Made by a program: the position numbers and the translations under genes. DNA of 64,000 nt from an uncultured Saprospiraceae bacterium (GTDB lineage Bacteria > Bacteroidota > Bacteroidia > Chitinophagales > Saprospiraceae): NCBI GenBank assembly GCA_964646645.1, contig CAZYHJ010000006.1, positions 4,717-68,716 on the forward strand, read 5' to 3'. Under the pieces are notes generated by a model that was not told where the DNA came from, searched no databases, and saw only the letters and a program-made list of their open reading frames with translations. Position 1 is the stretch's first letter. Every line of letters begins with the position of its first letter. This document shows positions 8,323 to 17,067 of this stretch, piece by piece.

Positions 8323-9649
8323 AGCTAAGTGGTAGGGTGATATAAAAGGTGGTGCCTTTGCCTTGTTCACTTTCGAACCTGAGCGTGCCCTTCAGGGTGT
8401 GAAGATAGGATAAGACGATATTTAAACCCAAACCGGTTCCTGGAACGTTCACGGCATTTGAAGCTCTGAAAAATCTGGAGCCGATATGTTTCTGGTCCTC
8501 CGGGGGTATGCCCATGCCTTCGTCCGCGATGATCATCTGGAGGAGGCCCTCTTCAATGAAAATGGTGCATCTGACCTTAGTCCCTGCTTCCGAGTACTTG
8601 ATGGCATTGGAAATCAAATTATAGAGAATATTCCGGAGGATGTTTTTATCGGTTTTCATCTCCAGATCATCAAAATCGTGATGGCAGAGAAACTGCTGTT
8701 GTTGCTTCAATAGCCCGTCTACATCGGCTTTAAGCTCAGAGAGAAGTCCATGGACAGAAAAGGTGCTTATGACCGGTACAAATTGACCTTCTTCCAACCG
8801 GGTGATCGAAAGAAAGTCCATGAGAATATTGTTGAGATGGGAGACACTTGATTTTATACGCTCCACGTGACGATTGCGGTCGGCGTCCTGTTCGGTAGTC
8901 GTGTATTTGGATATCAGTGCGGCAGAAGAAAGGATACTTGCGAGCGGTGTCTTAAACTCATGAGAGGCCATGGACACAAATCTCGATTTGAGCGAACTCA
9001 ACTCCTTCTCCTTTTCCAGGGATTTATGCAGTTCATCCCTTGCCGCCACCAGGGCGGTTTCATAAATTTTATGCTTTTCAATCGACTCATTGAGTTGTCG
9101 GTTAGTATCCAGGAGCAAGTTGACCGTATCCTGTAGTTCTGTTGTACGTTCGATGACCAACTGCTCAAGCTCATGATTTAATTTGATGATTTCATCCTGC
9201 ACTTTTTTCATAGGCGTGAGATCCTGCAGGATGCCTGTGAAAAAGTGGTTTTGATCGACGATGATTTCGCTTACCGCCAACCGGACCGGAAACAGGGTGC
9301 CGTTTTTTCTCCGGCCTTCGACTTCGCGGCCGATTCCAATGATCTGTTTATGACCAGTCGAGAGATAATTTTCCAGGTAGTGGTCATGGCCTTCTCTATG
9401 GGGAGATGGCATGAGCATGGATACATTTTCACCAATTAATTCTTCGATGGAATACCCAAAGAGGTGGGTCACCGCAGAATTAGCCATGTGAATCCTCCCT
9501 CTGGTATCAATGACGATAATACCATCGATTGCCGTTTCCACCACAGATTCAAGGACATGTGCGGAGTTGGCATGGGGAAATGTATAAAAGTCAGACACAG
9601 GGCTAAGATATCCATTGTCTATCGCGCGGGCAATGCTGACTATAATCAA
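8312..9649 (-). CDS. soluble PAS sensor histidine kinase, FixL-like heme-PAS type
   Basis: PAS with LMPSPHREGHDHYL...IIGIGREV...FTGILQDLT. H-box SHEFKTPL, N-box NAIKYS, G-boxes DEGMGI and GTGLGL. The start is TTG (9649) or GTG (9598); there is no ATG upstream of the PAS. Confidence 0.9.
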   Translation of the reverse strand: MIIVSIARAIDNGYLSPVSDFYTFPHANSAHVLESVVETAIDGIIVIDTRGRIHMANSAVTHLFGYSIEELIGENVSMLMPSPHREGHDHYLENYLSTGHKQIIGIGREVEGRRKNGTLFPVRLAVSEIIVDQNHFFTGILQDLTPMKKVQDEIIKLNHELEQLVIERTTELQDTVNLLLDTNRQLNESIEKHKIYETALVAARDELHKSLEKEKELSSLKSRFVSMASHEFKTPLASILSSAALISKYTTTEQDADRNRHVERIKSSVSHLNNILMDFLSITRLEEGQFVPVISTFSVHGLLSELKADVDGLLKQQQQFLCHHDFDDLEMKTDKNILRNILYNLISNAIKYSEAGTKVRCTIFIEEGLLQMIIADEGMGIPPEDQKHIGSRFFRASNAVNVPGTGLGLNIVLSYLHTLKGTLRFESEQGKGTTFYITLPLSYEK

Positions 9650-9657
9650 TTTATTGG

Positions 9658-9673
9658 CTGACCCCTGTCATTT
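9658..9673 (+). promoter_or_regulatory. candidate Crp/Fnr-type operator CTGACCCCTGTCATTT (TGAC-N4-GTCA)
   Basis: Near-identical to 4816-4831. A perfect TAnnTTTG (TACCTTTG, 9694-9701) lies 36 nt downstream. The site is 9 nt upstream of the kinase TTG start on the other strand. Confidence 0.45.
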
Positions 9674-9862
9674 TGACCTTTTATCCTTTCAAATACCTTT
9701 GAGAGGGTGAGTTTTGCATGAGGGGTAAGTATAATGTAATCCCGATTTCCATCGACACCTTGCTTTTTTGGCGCATACGTTTTTTATATTAAAAAATAAT
9801 TAATGCGTTAATAGACAGATTGTCAATCAATTAGATTTTATCACACCAATTTTTATAACACA

Positions 9863-10303
9863 ATGGATTTTACAGCACCTGTTTCAAAATGGATGACCAC
9901 CAAAATGGTCACTGTGGTTCCGGGAGATTCGGTTTCCGTGGTCAAGGATATTTTTGACCAGCAACGGATTCACCATATCCCGGTCGTGAAGTATCGTACC
10001 CTGGTTGGATTGATCAGTAAATCTGATTTTCTCCATTTTCTCAGGGGTATGGAGACCACCCCTTATGACAAGTTGGTTGAAAAAAGCCGGCTTGAGCATT
10101 ATAAGGCAGAAGATATTATGACTACGGGACTGGCGACACTTGAGCCCAATGAAAGGCTTAACGTGGCCCTTCAACTTTTTAGTGAGAACCTTTTTCATGC
10201 CATTCCCATTGTCGAGAAGGAGGAGTTAGTGGGTATCCTCACCACATTTGATATTATCAGAGCATTGGTAGAGGAAGATAATAAACGAATTAAATCAACC
10301 TGA
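9863..10303 (+). CDS. CBS-pair domain protein
   Basis: 146 aa with HHIPVVKYRTLVGLISKSD and HAIPIVEKEELVGILTTFDII. Confidence 0.85.
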   Translation: MDFTAPVSKWMTTKMVTVVPGDSVSVVKDIFDQQRIHHIPVVKYRTLVGLISKSDFLHFLRGMETTPYDKLVEKSRLEHYKAEDIMTTGLATLEPNERLNVALQLFSENLFHAIPIVEKEELVGILTTFDIIRALVEEDNKRIKST

Positions 10304-10307
10304 TTTC

Positions 10308-11423
10308 ATGCAATGCTCTAATGCCATTGAAGCAATGAATATAGAGTTGTATAGTATTCGCGGGTTTACAGGAAGTGCGCTGAAGCAGAAGCTTGAGCGC
10401 GAGTTGGTGGCGCACCATATGCATGTACCGGTGGATGAGATCAACCAGGTCGACCGATTCATCAAAGCTGGGCTGGTGGCTGTTCCTGCATTTAAGATTG
10501 GGGACAAGGTGATCCAGCATCCGCATAATGGAGATGTCGAAGAGACCGTCAGGAATGTAATGGATTATATCCTCGCGGAGCATTTGAACAACATTCTTGT
10601 GCCGGTTGATTTTTCCGAAGGGTCCTTCAATGCCATCGCATTCGCCAGAGCTATTGCGGTCAAAATGGGCTATGGTATAACACTGGTGCATATTCACCAG
10701 ACGCTTTATGATCCCATTTCCGCAGGGGCCCTGGATGTACAATTGCTGAAGGATGTCAATACCCGTCTCCAGCAGTTAGTGGAGGAACTCAGCGTGCAGG
10801 CTATTTCGGATGGGCAAGATATTCATTTCAATGCCCATATGGAAGTAGGGGAGACCTCCAGCAGTCTGATTGAATTGCTGGATCATGGAAAATATGAAAT
10901 GATGGTCATGGCTACCAAATCCACCGATAATGCCATGCGCAGATTTTTTGGAACCGTGTCTTCAGAAGTCAGCCGAAGAAGCCATAAGCCTGTGGTCGTT
11001 ATTCCGCCTCATACTGAAGCGAAGTTTCCCGGAAAGTTAGTCATTGGATTTACCGAAGAACTATTTCATGAAAATGTATTGGATGATATCATTGAATTTG
11101 GCTGCATGAATAATGCTTTTTTTGATTTCATCCATATCACCAATGACCAGCACCATTTTGAGCGTTTGAAGGATAAATTGTACCAGCGGCTCGTGACTAA
11201 GCGCGATTTACTTTGCGGTTTCAATATCAAATGCCTGGAGGGGGATGATGGAAAAGTACATGAGAAGATCTCTCGGTACGCAAATGAAGTACGCGCCGGT
11301 ATGATTGTTCTCGTGACGCATCAGAGAAAGTTCCTGGAAGCATTGAGGCATGAAAGCGTAACCAAAAAGGCCCTTCATCACCCTGAACTTCCGATCCTGA
11401 TTATACACCAGGCAAAAGATTGA
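10308..11423 (+). CDS. tandem universal stress protein with N-terminal thioredoxin-fold-like extension lacking CxxC
   Basis: N-terminal ~90 aa resemble small Thioredoxin_3-type proteins (IELYS...VPAFKIGDKVI) but have RGFTGS where CxxC is expected. Two Usp domains follow (ILVPVDFSEGS..., MMVMATKS..., PILIIH). Alternative start at 10335. Confidence 0.8.
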   Translation: MQCSNAIEAMNIELYSIRGFTGSALKQKLERELVAHHMHVPVDEINQVDRFIKAGLVAVPAFKIGDKVIQHPHNGDVEETVRNVMDYILAEHLNNILVPVDFSEGSFNAIAFARAIAVKMGYGITLVHIHQTLYDPISAGALDVQLLKDVNTRLQQLVEELSVQAISDGQDIHFNAHMEVGETSSSLIELLDHGKYEMMVMATKSTDNAMRRFFGTVSSEVSRRSHKPVVVIPPHTEAKFPGKLVIGFTEELFHENVLDDIIEFGCMNNAFFDFIHITNDQHHFERLKDKLYQRLVTKRDLLCGFNIKCLEGDDGKVHEKISRYANEVRAGMIVLVTHQRKFLEALRHESVTKKALHHPELPILIIHQAKD

Positions 11424-11432
11424 TGCCTTTCA

Positions 11433-13946
11433 TCAGACAGGAGACGAAACGCGTTTTATTGCTTTGACCGCTTCAAACCAAAATACTGAAAGGGCCGCTA
11501 CGCCTGTACAAATCAGGATGTCCTTCCAGTGTGGGGTAGCCAGTTGGAAAAAAGCAGTGATGGGCTTGAAATAGAGCATGGAGCTCAGGATCAGTAGGGT
11601 CAGCCCGATAATTCCGTAAAGTAATTTATTGTTGTAGCGCAGCGTAGTCAGAAAGGAGTAATAAAACGATCTGTTGACAAGCGTCAGGAATATATTAGAG
11701 ATGATCAGCGTAGAGAAAACCATCGTTCTTACATAGGTTTCCGTACCACCTCTCCACAGTGAAAACTGGTATATAGCCAGCACGCCTGCTGTAATCATTA
11801 AGCCTTGCAATATGCTCATGCCCAGTTCTCTGAAGTTGAGAAATGTCTCTGTCATACGACGCGGAGGCTGCTGCATCGTATTGGCTTCCATGGGTTCATT
11901 TTCAAATACAATGGAGCAGGTAGGCCCCATGACCAGTTCAAGAAAGATCACATGTACCGGCGTGAAAATATCAGGGTAAACCCATCCCAAAAAAAGTGGA
12001 AGGGATACCGTAAGGATAATCGGAATATGGATCGAGATGATGTATTGGATCGCCTTCTTGAGATTGGCATAAATTCGTCTGCCGGTGGCAATTGCTGATA
12101 CCAGTTTGCCGAGATCGTCGTTCAGGATAATAAGGGCGGCCGCGTTTTTAGCCATTTCGGTTCCCTTTTGCCCCATGGCGATTCCTATATGCGATGATTT
12201 TAGCGCAGGACCGTCGTTGACTCCATCCCCCAACATCGCCACGATTTGCTGATCTTGTTTCAGCGCATTTACAGCGGCGAGTTTGGCTTCAGGATACATG
12301 CGGGTAAACAATGCTTTTTCGGCGACGGTCCTCACAAAGGCAGACTCATCCATCCTCATGAGTTCCTCCCCATCTACGGCTTCACCTGTATTTTTAAGTC
12401 CCGCTTTTAACGCAATCGCTTTTGTAGTCTCCGCGTTGTCACCGGTGATGATCTTGACCTTGATGCCTGCTTCCTCAAATTGCCTGAATACATTTTCAAT
12501 CCCTGTTTTGGGGGGATCATAAAAGATAACAAGCCCAATAAAGGAAAAATTAAAATCACGCTGGTCATCGGGAAATTCATGGCCACTATATTCAGCCCTG
12601 GCTACCCCTAACATCCTGTATCCCTTTGCGGCAAGTGATTGTAACGTGTCAATGATTTTACTCCGTTGTGCGGGAGATAATCCACAGGCTTGAAGGATGG
12701 CTTCCGGGGCGCCTTTGGAGGCAATGATTCTGCGTCCTGCCTTGTCCTCAAAAATATGGGTCATCATAGGCGGTTGACCACCCAGCGGATATTCATGCGC
12801 CATGGTGAAATCATCCCGCTGATCTTCGCTGATATACATTTCGTATGCCTGATGGATCGACTTTTCCATCGGATCAAATGGATTTGGTTCGCTTGCCCAC
12901 ATGGCTGCCTCTATGACGTTCATGCCTTTGTTGGCGAAGGCATCAACTTCCATGATCAGGTGGTCATGTTCAAAATCATATACCCCGATGAGGCTCATCC
13001 TGTTCTCGGTAATGGTACCTGTCTTATCCGAGCAAATGACGGTAGCGCTCCCTAAAGTTTCCACCGTTCTTGTTTTCTTGACGATGACTCCATCTTTCAT
13101 CAGACGACGTGAACCAAGCGCCATAAACGTCGTAAAGGCTACGGGGATTTCTTCAGGCAAAATGGACATGGCCATGGTGAGGCCTTTGAGCAGGCTTGCG
13201 AGGATATTTTTACTTTCGGCAAACTGTACGGCCCACACCATGAGAAAAACCAGGATCCCCACAAGCGCCATTTTTTTGACAAACGATTCTATTTGTTGTT
13301 GCAGTGGGGTGGGTTCTTCCCGTATCTCCACCATCGACTTTCCGATCTGGCCGATACGTGTTGAGCTGCCTGTTTTATCCACCTGATATACAGCCAATCC
13401 GGAAGAGGCTAATGTCCCACTGTATACCCGTGGGTCCGAACTTGATGTTGATTTGAAAATAGCCTGCGCCTCACCGGTCAGAGCGGACTCATTGACCGAA
13501 AAATCATTGGAATGGACGATCACACCATCCGCATTAATCGTTGCACCCTCTTCTGCCAGGACAAGATCACCCGGAACGATTTCGGTGGTCAGAATATGCT
13601 GCGGCTCTCCATTGCGAATGACTTTGCTCAGCGGTGTATTCAATGCTTCCAGCGCCTCCAGCGCCTTCCGGCTGCGATTGTCCTGATAGAAAGAGATGCC
13701 GGAGACAATCAATATCGCAGCCAGCATGAAATAGGCCTCTCCCAACTGTCCCATCCAGATATAGATCAACGCGATAGCCAGCAATAGCAGCAACATCGGT
13801 TCACGCATGATCTCAAAAAGCACGTGCCACCAAGTACGTTTTGCTTTCTGATGTTGAATGTTCAGCCCGTATTGTTTTCTCAATGACAAGACTTCCGCAT
13901 CTGAAAGACCGGTGAGATGAGAAGGAATGTTGAGCCGGGTGGACAT
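11433..13946 (-). CDS. cation-transporting P-type ATPase (P2-type, Ca2+-ATPase-like)
   Basis: 837 aa: DKTGTITEN phosphorylation site, TGDN, GDGVNDGPALK hinge, PEEIPV in TM4, Cation_ATPase_N-like start. Confidence 0.95.
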   Translation of the reverse strand: MSTRLNIPSHLTGLSDAEVLSLRKQYGLNIQHQKAKRTWWHVLFEIMREPMLLLLLAIALIYIWMGQLGEAYFMLAAILIVSGISFYQDNRSRKALEALEALNTPLSKVIRNGEPQHILTTEIVPGDLVLAEEGATINADGVIVHSNDFSVNESALTGEAQAIFKSTSSSDPRVYSGTLASSGLAVYQVDKTGSSTRIGQIGKSMVEIREEPTPLQQQIESFVKKMALVGILVFLMVWAVQFAESKNILASLLKGLTMAMSILPEEIPVAFTTFMALGSRRLMKDGVIVKKTRTVETLGSATVICSDKTGTITENRMSLIGVYDFEHDHLIMEVDAFANKGMNVIEAAMWASEPNPFDPMEKSIHQAYEMYISEDQRDDFTMAHEYPLGGQPPMMTHIFEDKAGRRIIASKGAPEAILQACGLSPAQRSKIIDTLQSLAAKGYRMLGVARAEYSGHEFPDDQRDFNFSFIGLVIFYDPPKTGIENVFRQFEEAGIKVKIITGDNAETTKAIALKAGLKNTGEAVDGEELMRMDESAFVRTVAEKALFTRMYPEAKLAAVNALKQDQQIVAMLGDGVNDGPALKSSHIGIAMGQKGTEMAKNAAALIILNDDLGKLVSAIATGRRIYANLKKAIQYIISIHIPIILTVSLPLFLGWVYPDIFTPVHVIFLELVMGPTCSIVFENEPMEANTMQQPPRRMTETFLNFRELGMSILQGLMITAGVLAIYQFSLWRGGTETYVRTMVFSTLIISNIFLTLVNRSFYYSFLTTLRYNNKLLYGIIGLTLLILSSMLYFKPITAFFQLATPHWKDILICTGVAALSVFWFEAVKAIKRVSSPV

Positions 13947-13948
13947 AG

Positions 13949-14141
13949 CGTGAATGGTGAGTTGTGAGTTGTGAATTGTCAGTTGTGAGTGGTCAATGCG
14001 TTGTGTTAACTATGAAGTCCCCTTCAGGCGTCGTGCTGAGCGGAGTCGAAGTAGGATTTAGGGGCCAAAGTATCGTGAGTTGTGAGCAGTGAAACTTGAG
14101 TCGTAATTCGTAATTACTAATTCGTAATTACTAATTCGTAA
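13949..14141. repeat. mosaic of heptamer word repeats filling the SulP-ATPase intergenic region
   Basis: (gtgagtt/gtgaatt/gtcagtt)n at 13949-13994; the gaagtcccctt...ggatttaggggcc element at 14024-14065; (tcgtaat/tactaat)x6 at 14101-14142 abutting the SulP stop. Confidence 0.8.
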
Positions 14142-14144
14142 TTT

Positions 14145-15716
14145 TTAATGTAATTCAATCGTCTCTACCTCTGGTATATTAATCATCTTCAGTTGAATAT
14201 GTTTACGATGTGCTTTGGATTTAAAGTCGTGGAAAATTTCAAGAATATCCTGGTCAATATAAACACTGTCTGCTCCATTGATTTCCACAACAGCATATTC
14301 GGGGATCTTGTCCAGCATTTCCATGATCCTTTTTTTATTGATAAAGCTCACATTGAGGGCCAGTTCGATGACATAATGCTTCATGTGGCCATCATGCTTT
14401 TCCTTGATGACATAACCGGCCTTGATCGTGTTCTTTATCAGGAAGTACACGGCATAGGTGATACCAATCAGTACGCCAATGAGAAGATCGGTAGCCAGAA
14501 TCGCAATGACGGTGACTAAGAAAGGAATAAACTGTTCGCGTCCTTGTTTATAGATGGCTTTGATCATCGAGGGTTTGGCTAGGTTGTATCCGGTACGCAC
14601 CAGGATGACCGCCAGTACACAATATGGAATCAGATTAATGAGTGGGATCGCAACGACTATGGCCAGCAACAACCATATACCGTGCATAAATGCTGAAAGC
14701 CTTGTCCTGGCACCAGCTTCAGCATTGGCTGAACTTCTCACAATCACCGCGGTAATAGGGAGTCCGCCTAATAATCCACTCAGAAAATTACCGGTGCCCT
14801 GGGCAACGAGTTCGCGATTTTGTGGCGTGATCCTGTTTAGTGGATCGAGTTTGTCGACCGCCGTGATGCTGAGCAAGGTCTCCAGTGACGCCACAAAGCA
14901 AATGACCACCGCATTTTGCCAGATCAGTCCATTACTAAAGATTTGATTGAAGTCTGCCGGTTTGATCTGACGAAGTATATCATGAGGAATATTGACGAAT
15001 TGCGATGGCTTGATCTGTGTAGTTGTAAATAATTGATTAAATGCAATGGCCAGGAGAATCCCCGAAAGCACCGTAATGAAGGAGGTGGGCAGAAAACTGA
15101 TTTTTGCGGCGATGTACTTTTTCCAGAGAATCAGGATCAGTAAGGTCATAACAGAGATCGTAACAGCTCCTGTCGAAGTATGGTGATATAAACTTCCAAT
15201 GCCGTGAAATCCGTTTTTGAAGGTGATCAGATTAAAAATTTCATTGGTCCAGAAATCTGGTTGGTCATACCCCACAAGTAGGGGGATCTGTTTGGAGATG
15301 AGGATAATCCCGATCGCGGTCAGCACGCCTTTGATGACGGCCGATGGAATGAAATGGGTAAAACCACCTAATCTGAAGATGCCGAGTAATACCTGTAAGA
15401 GTCCGGCAACAGCCACTGAAACAAAGAAGATTTCTATTGCGCCTAATTCGGTAATCGCAGTCGCGCATATCGCCGTAAGGCCAGCCGCAGGTCCGCTGAC
15501 ACTGAGTTCTGATTTGCTGATCAGTGAGATGATGATTCCACCAATGATACCCGCCAGAATACCTGAATACACCGGAGTACCCGATGCCAGCGATACACCC
15601 AAACAAAGTGGAAGGGCAACGAAGAAAACCGTGATACTGGCCTTAAAGTCATGACGACTGAAGGTAAGCCAATAGTATCGAATCTTTCGTGGATTCCAGA
15701 TCCTGGCAAAATCCAT
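14145..15716 (-). CDS. SulP family anion transporter with C-terminal STAS domain
   Basis: 523 aa, multi-TM Sulfate_transp-like core (LPLCLGVSLASG, VAQGTGNFLSGLLGGLPIT) plus a soluble C-terminal STAS-like domain. Confidence 0.88.
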   Translation of the reverse strand: MDFARIWNPRKIRYYWLTFSRHDFKASITVFFVALPLCLGVSLASGTPVYSGILAGIIGGIIISLISKSELSVSGPAAGLTAICATAITELGAIEIFFVSVAVAGLLQVLLGIFRLGGFTHFIPSAVIKGVLTAIGIILISKQIPLLVGYDQPDFWTNEIFNLITFKNGFHGIGSLYHHTSTGAVTISVMTLLILILWKKYIAAKISFLPTSFITVLSGILLAIAFNQLFTTTQIKPSQFVNIPHDILRQIKPADFNQIFSNGLIWQNAVVICFVASLETLLSITAVDKLDPLNRITPQNRELVAQGTGNFLSGLLGGLPITAVIVRSSANAEAGARTRLSAFMHGIWLLLAIVVAIPLINLIPYCVLAVILVRTGYNLAKPSMIKAIYKQGREQFIPFLVTVIAILATDLLIGVLIGITYAVYFLIKNTIKAGYVIKEKHDGHMKHYVIELALNVSFINKKRIMEMLDKIPEYAVVEINGADSVYIDQDILEIFHDFKSKAHRKHIQLKMINIPEVETIELH

Positions 15717-15721
15717 AGAAT

Positions 15722-16117
15722 CTATGTTTTAGCATGTTTGTACAAATAAAGGCCAATCAGGAATAAAGCTACACCAATACTTCCATAGAGCAGCTGGAGA
15801 TAGGAGTACTGCCGGATCATCAGCATCTGTACCAGGATCCATCCTGATAAGATGATGCCTTCTGCAAGGATCAGCCATGTATAATGCTTCCAACGAAGAG
15901 CGGTCCAAACCAGCGCCACGATGGACAATATACCATTGAAGGTGAACAGGATAATGCCTGGGATCAGAAAATCTTTAAACGGACTGTGTTCAAGAAAGGT
16001 GACCGGCATTTGAAGGTCACTGCCTGTAGGATCCATGATCAGGCTCCAGCCTCCAAATATTGCACTTACGCCATTAAAAAGTAAGAGTATCAATGCAAGA
16101 ACGTTAAGTGTTTTCAT
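15722..16117 (-). CDS. membrane protein (4 TM), unknown function
   Basis: 131-aa hydrophobic ORF, 5 nt upstream of the SulP start; likely co-transcribed. Confidence 0.5.
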   Translation of the reverse strand: MKTLNVLALILLLFNGVSAIFGGWSLIMDPTGSDLQMPVTFLEHSPFKDFLIPGIILFTFNGILSIVALVWTALRWKHYTWLILAEGIILSGWILVQMLMIRQYSYLQLLYGSIGVALFLIGLYLYKHAKT

Positions 16118-16165
16118 GATTCAAGTGTTGAAAATAAGAAAATGATCTTGCTCTTGTAATTGCTA

Positions 16166-16846
16166 TCAGGCATTCCATTTTCTCGATTTAAGAAAAATGG
16201 CTAGCATCAACATGATCATCCAGATATTCCAAAAGAGATAGAGTCCCATACCTGTCGATGTCAGCACCCAACCCGGTTCCAGTATTGTCCATATCGGACT
16301 GATCATACTGATGAGCCCATTCCCAATCATCAACCACTTAATGAAGTTGCTTTTATTTTGATAAAAAGTTGCTCCAGCCCATGTCGCCCATCCCAGAAAG
16401 CAATATCCCCACATTTCATTGGCCCAACAAAAGGATTCAGGATTGGCCATGGATAACCCTGCAATCAGGCTTTCATATTCTGGCCGAAAGTCTTCCACCA
16501 GATTTGGAATAAAACTAATTTGACAAACATAATTGAATGCAATCAACCCCAGAAATACGATAGTCAGGGCAAGGGAAATGACCATTGAAGGTCTGATTTG
16601 TTTTGTGGAAGTAAAATCATAGGATAAATGACCCACAGCCAGTAGTAGCATTCCTGCAAGAATGAGAAATCCAAGATAGTAGGGAAGGGACTGGATTGGA
16701 TGATAATAGGTAATGTATTGAGAAACCGTCAGCCAATCAGGTTGTGGATGAGTGATCAAGACTATTGACACTGCCATTGGGCCAGAGCAAAAAAATCCAA
16801 TCAAACTAATAAGCGCCCCTGCCCTAATCATTTTTAAAGCTTTCAT
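16166..16846 (-). CDS. membrane protein (multi-TM), unknown function
   Basis: Hydrophobic ORF. First ATG (MKALKMIRAG) is at 16846; the listed start at 16888 is TTG. Confidence 0.5.
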   Translation of the reverse strand: MKALKMIRAGALISLIGFFCSGPMAVSIVLITHPQPDWLTVSQYITYYHPIQSLPYYLGFLILAGMLLLAVGHLSYDFTSTKQIRPSMVISLALTIVFLGLIAFNYVCQISFIPNLVEDFRPEYESLIAGLSMANPESFCWANEMWGYCFLGWATWAGATFYQNKSNFIKWLMIGNGLISMISPIWTILEPGWVLTSTGMGLYLFWNIWMIMLMLAIFLKSRKWNA

Positions 16847-16971
16847 TCGCACTGGTAGTTTAATCAAAGCCAATGGCAATTTAACCAACTACTGCATTAA
16901 AATTCAATTCCCGCTGAACGATAAAACCAATTTCTGCTGTCAAGTTTAATCTTAATCTAAAATAAAATATC

Positions 16972-17005
16972 TGATATCCGTCACCAGATAAGATGACAAT
17001 AGTCA
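16972..17005. promoter_or_regulatory. pair of TGA-N6-TCA palindromes (TGATatccGTCA, TGACaataGTCA), 22 bp centre to centre
   Basis: Read directly. The minus-strand -7-like element TAAACTTG (16941-16948) is 29.5 bp from the proximal box centre, as at hsp20 and cbs. Confidence 0.3.
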
Positions 17006-17067
17006 TAGATCTTCACGGAAGGTGGAGCATGAGAATCTAATCCAGATAATCTACAAAACTATTTGCG

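Noticed and set aside
9822-9829. Shared 8-mer GTCAATCA in several promoter regions (9822, 23871, 29956)
   Set aside because: The same 8-mer also occurs inside coding regions (for example near 905 in hflX and near 2783 in fhs), so there is no evidence of promoter specificity.
11421-11435. Small hairpin TGATG-ccttt-CATCA spanning the convergent stop codons of the usp gene and the P-type ATPase
   Set aside because: The stem is only 5 bp with no U-tract, so it is too weak to call a terminator.
12901-13386. Long antisense or alternative-frame ORFs inside large genes (12901-13386, 15217-15654, 17656-18171, 37385-37888, 2787-3302, 32594-33052 and others)
   Set aside because: They are shadow ORFs opposite or overlapping genes with clear family signatures. 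Their products are low-complexity or Arg/Ser-rich with no motifs.
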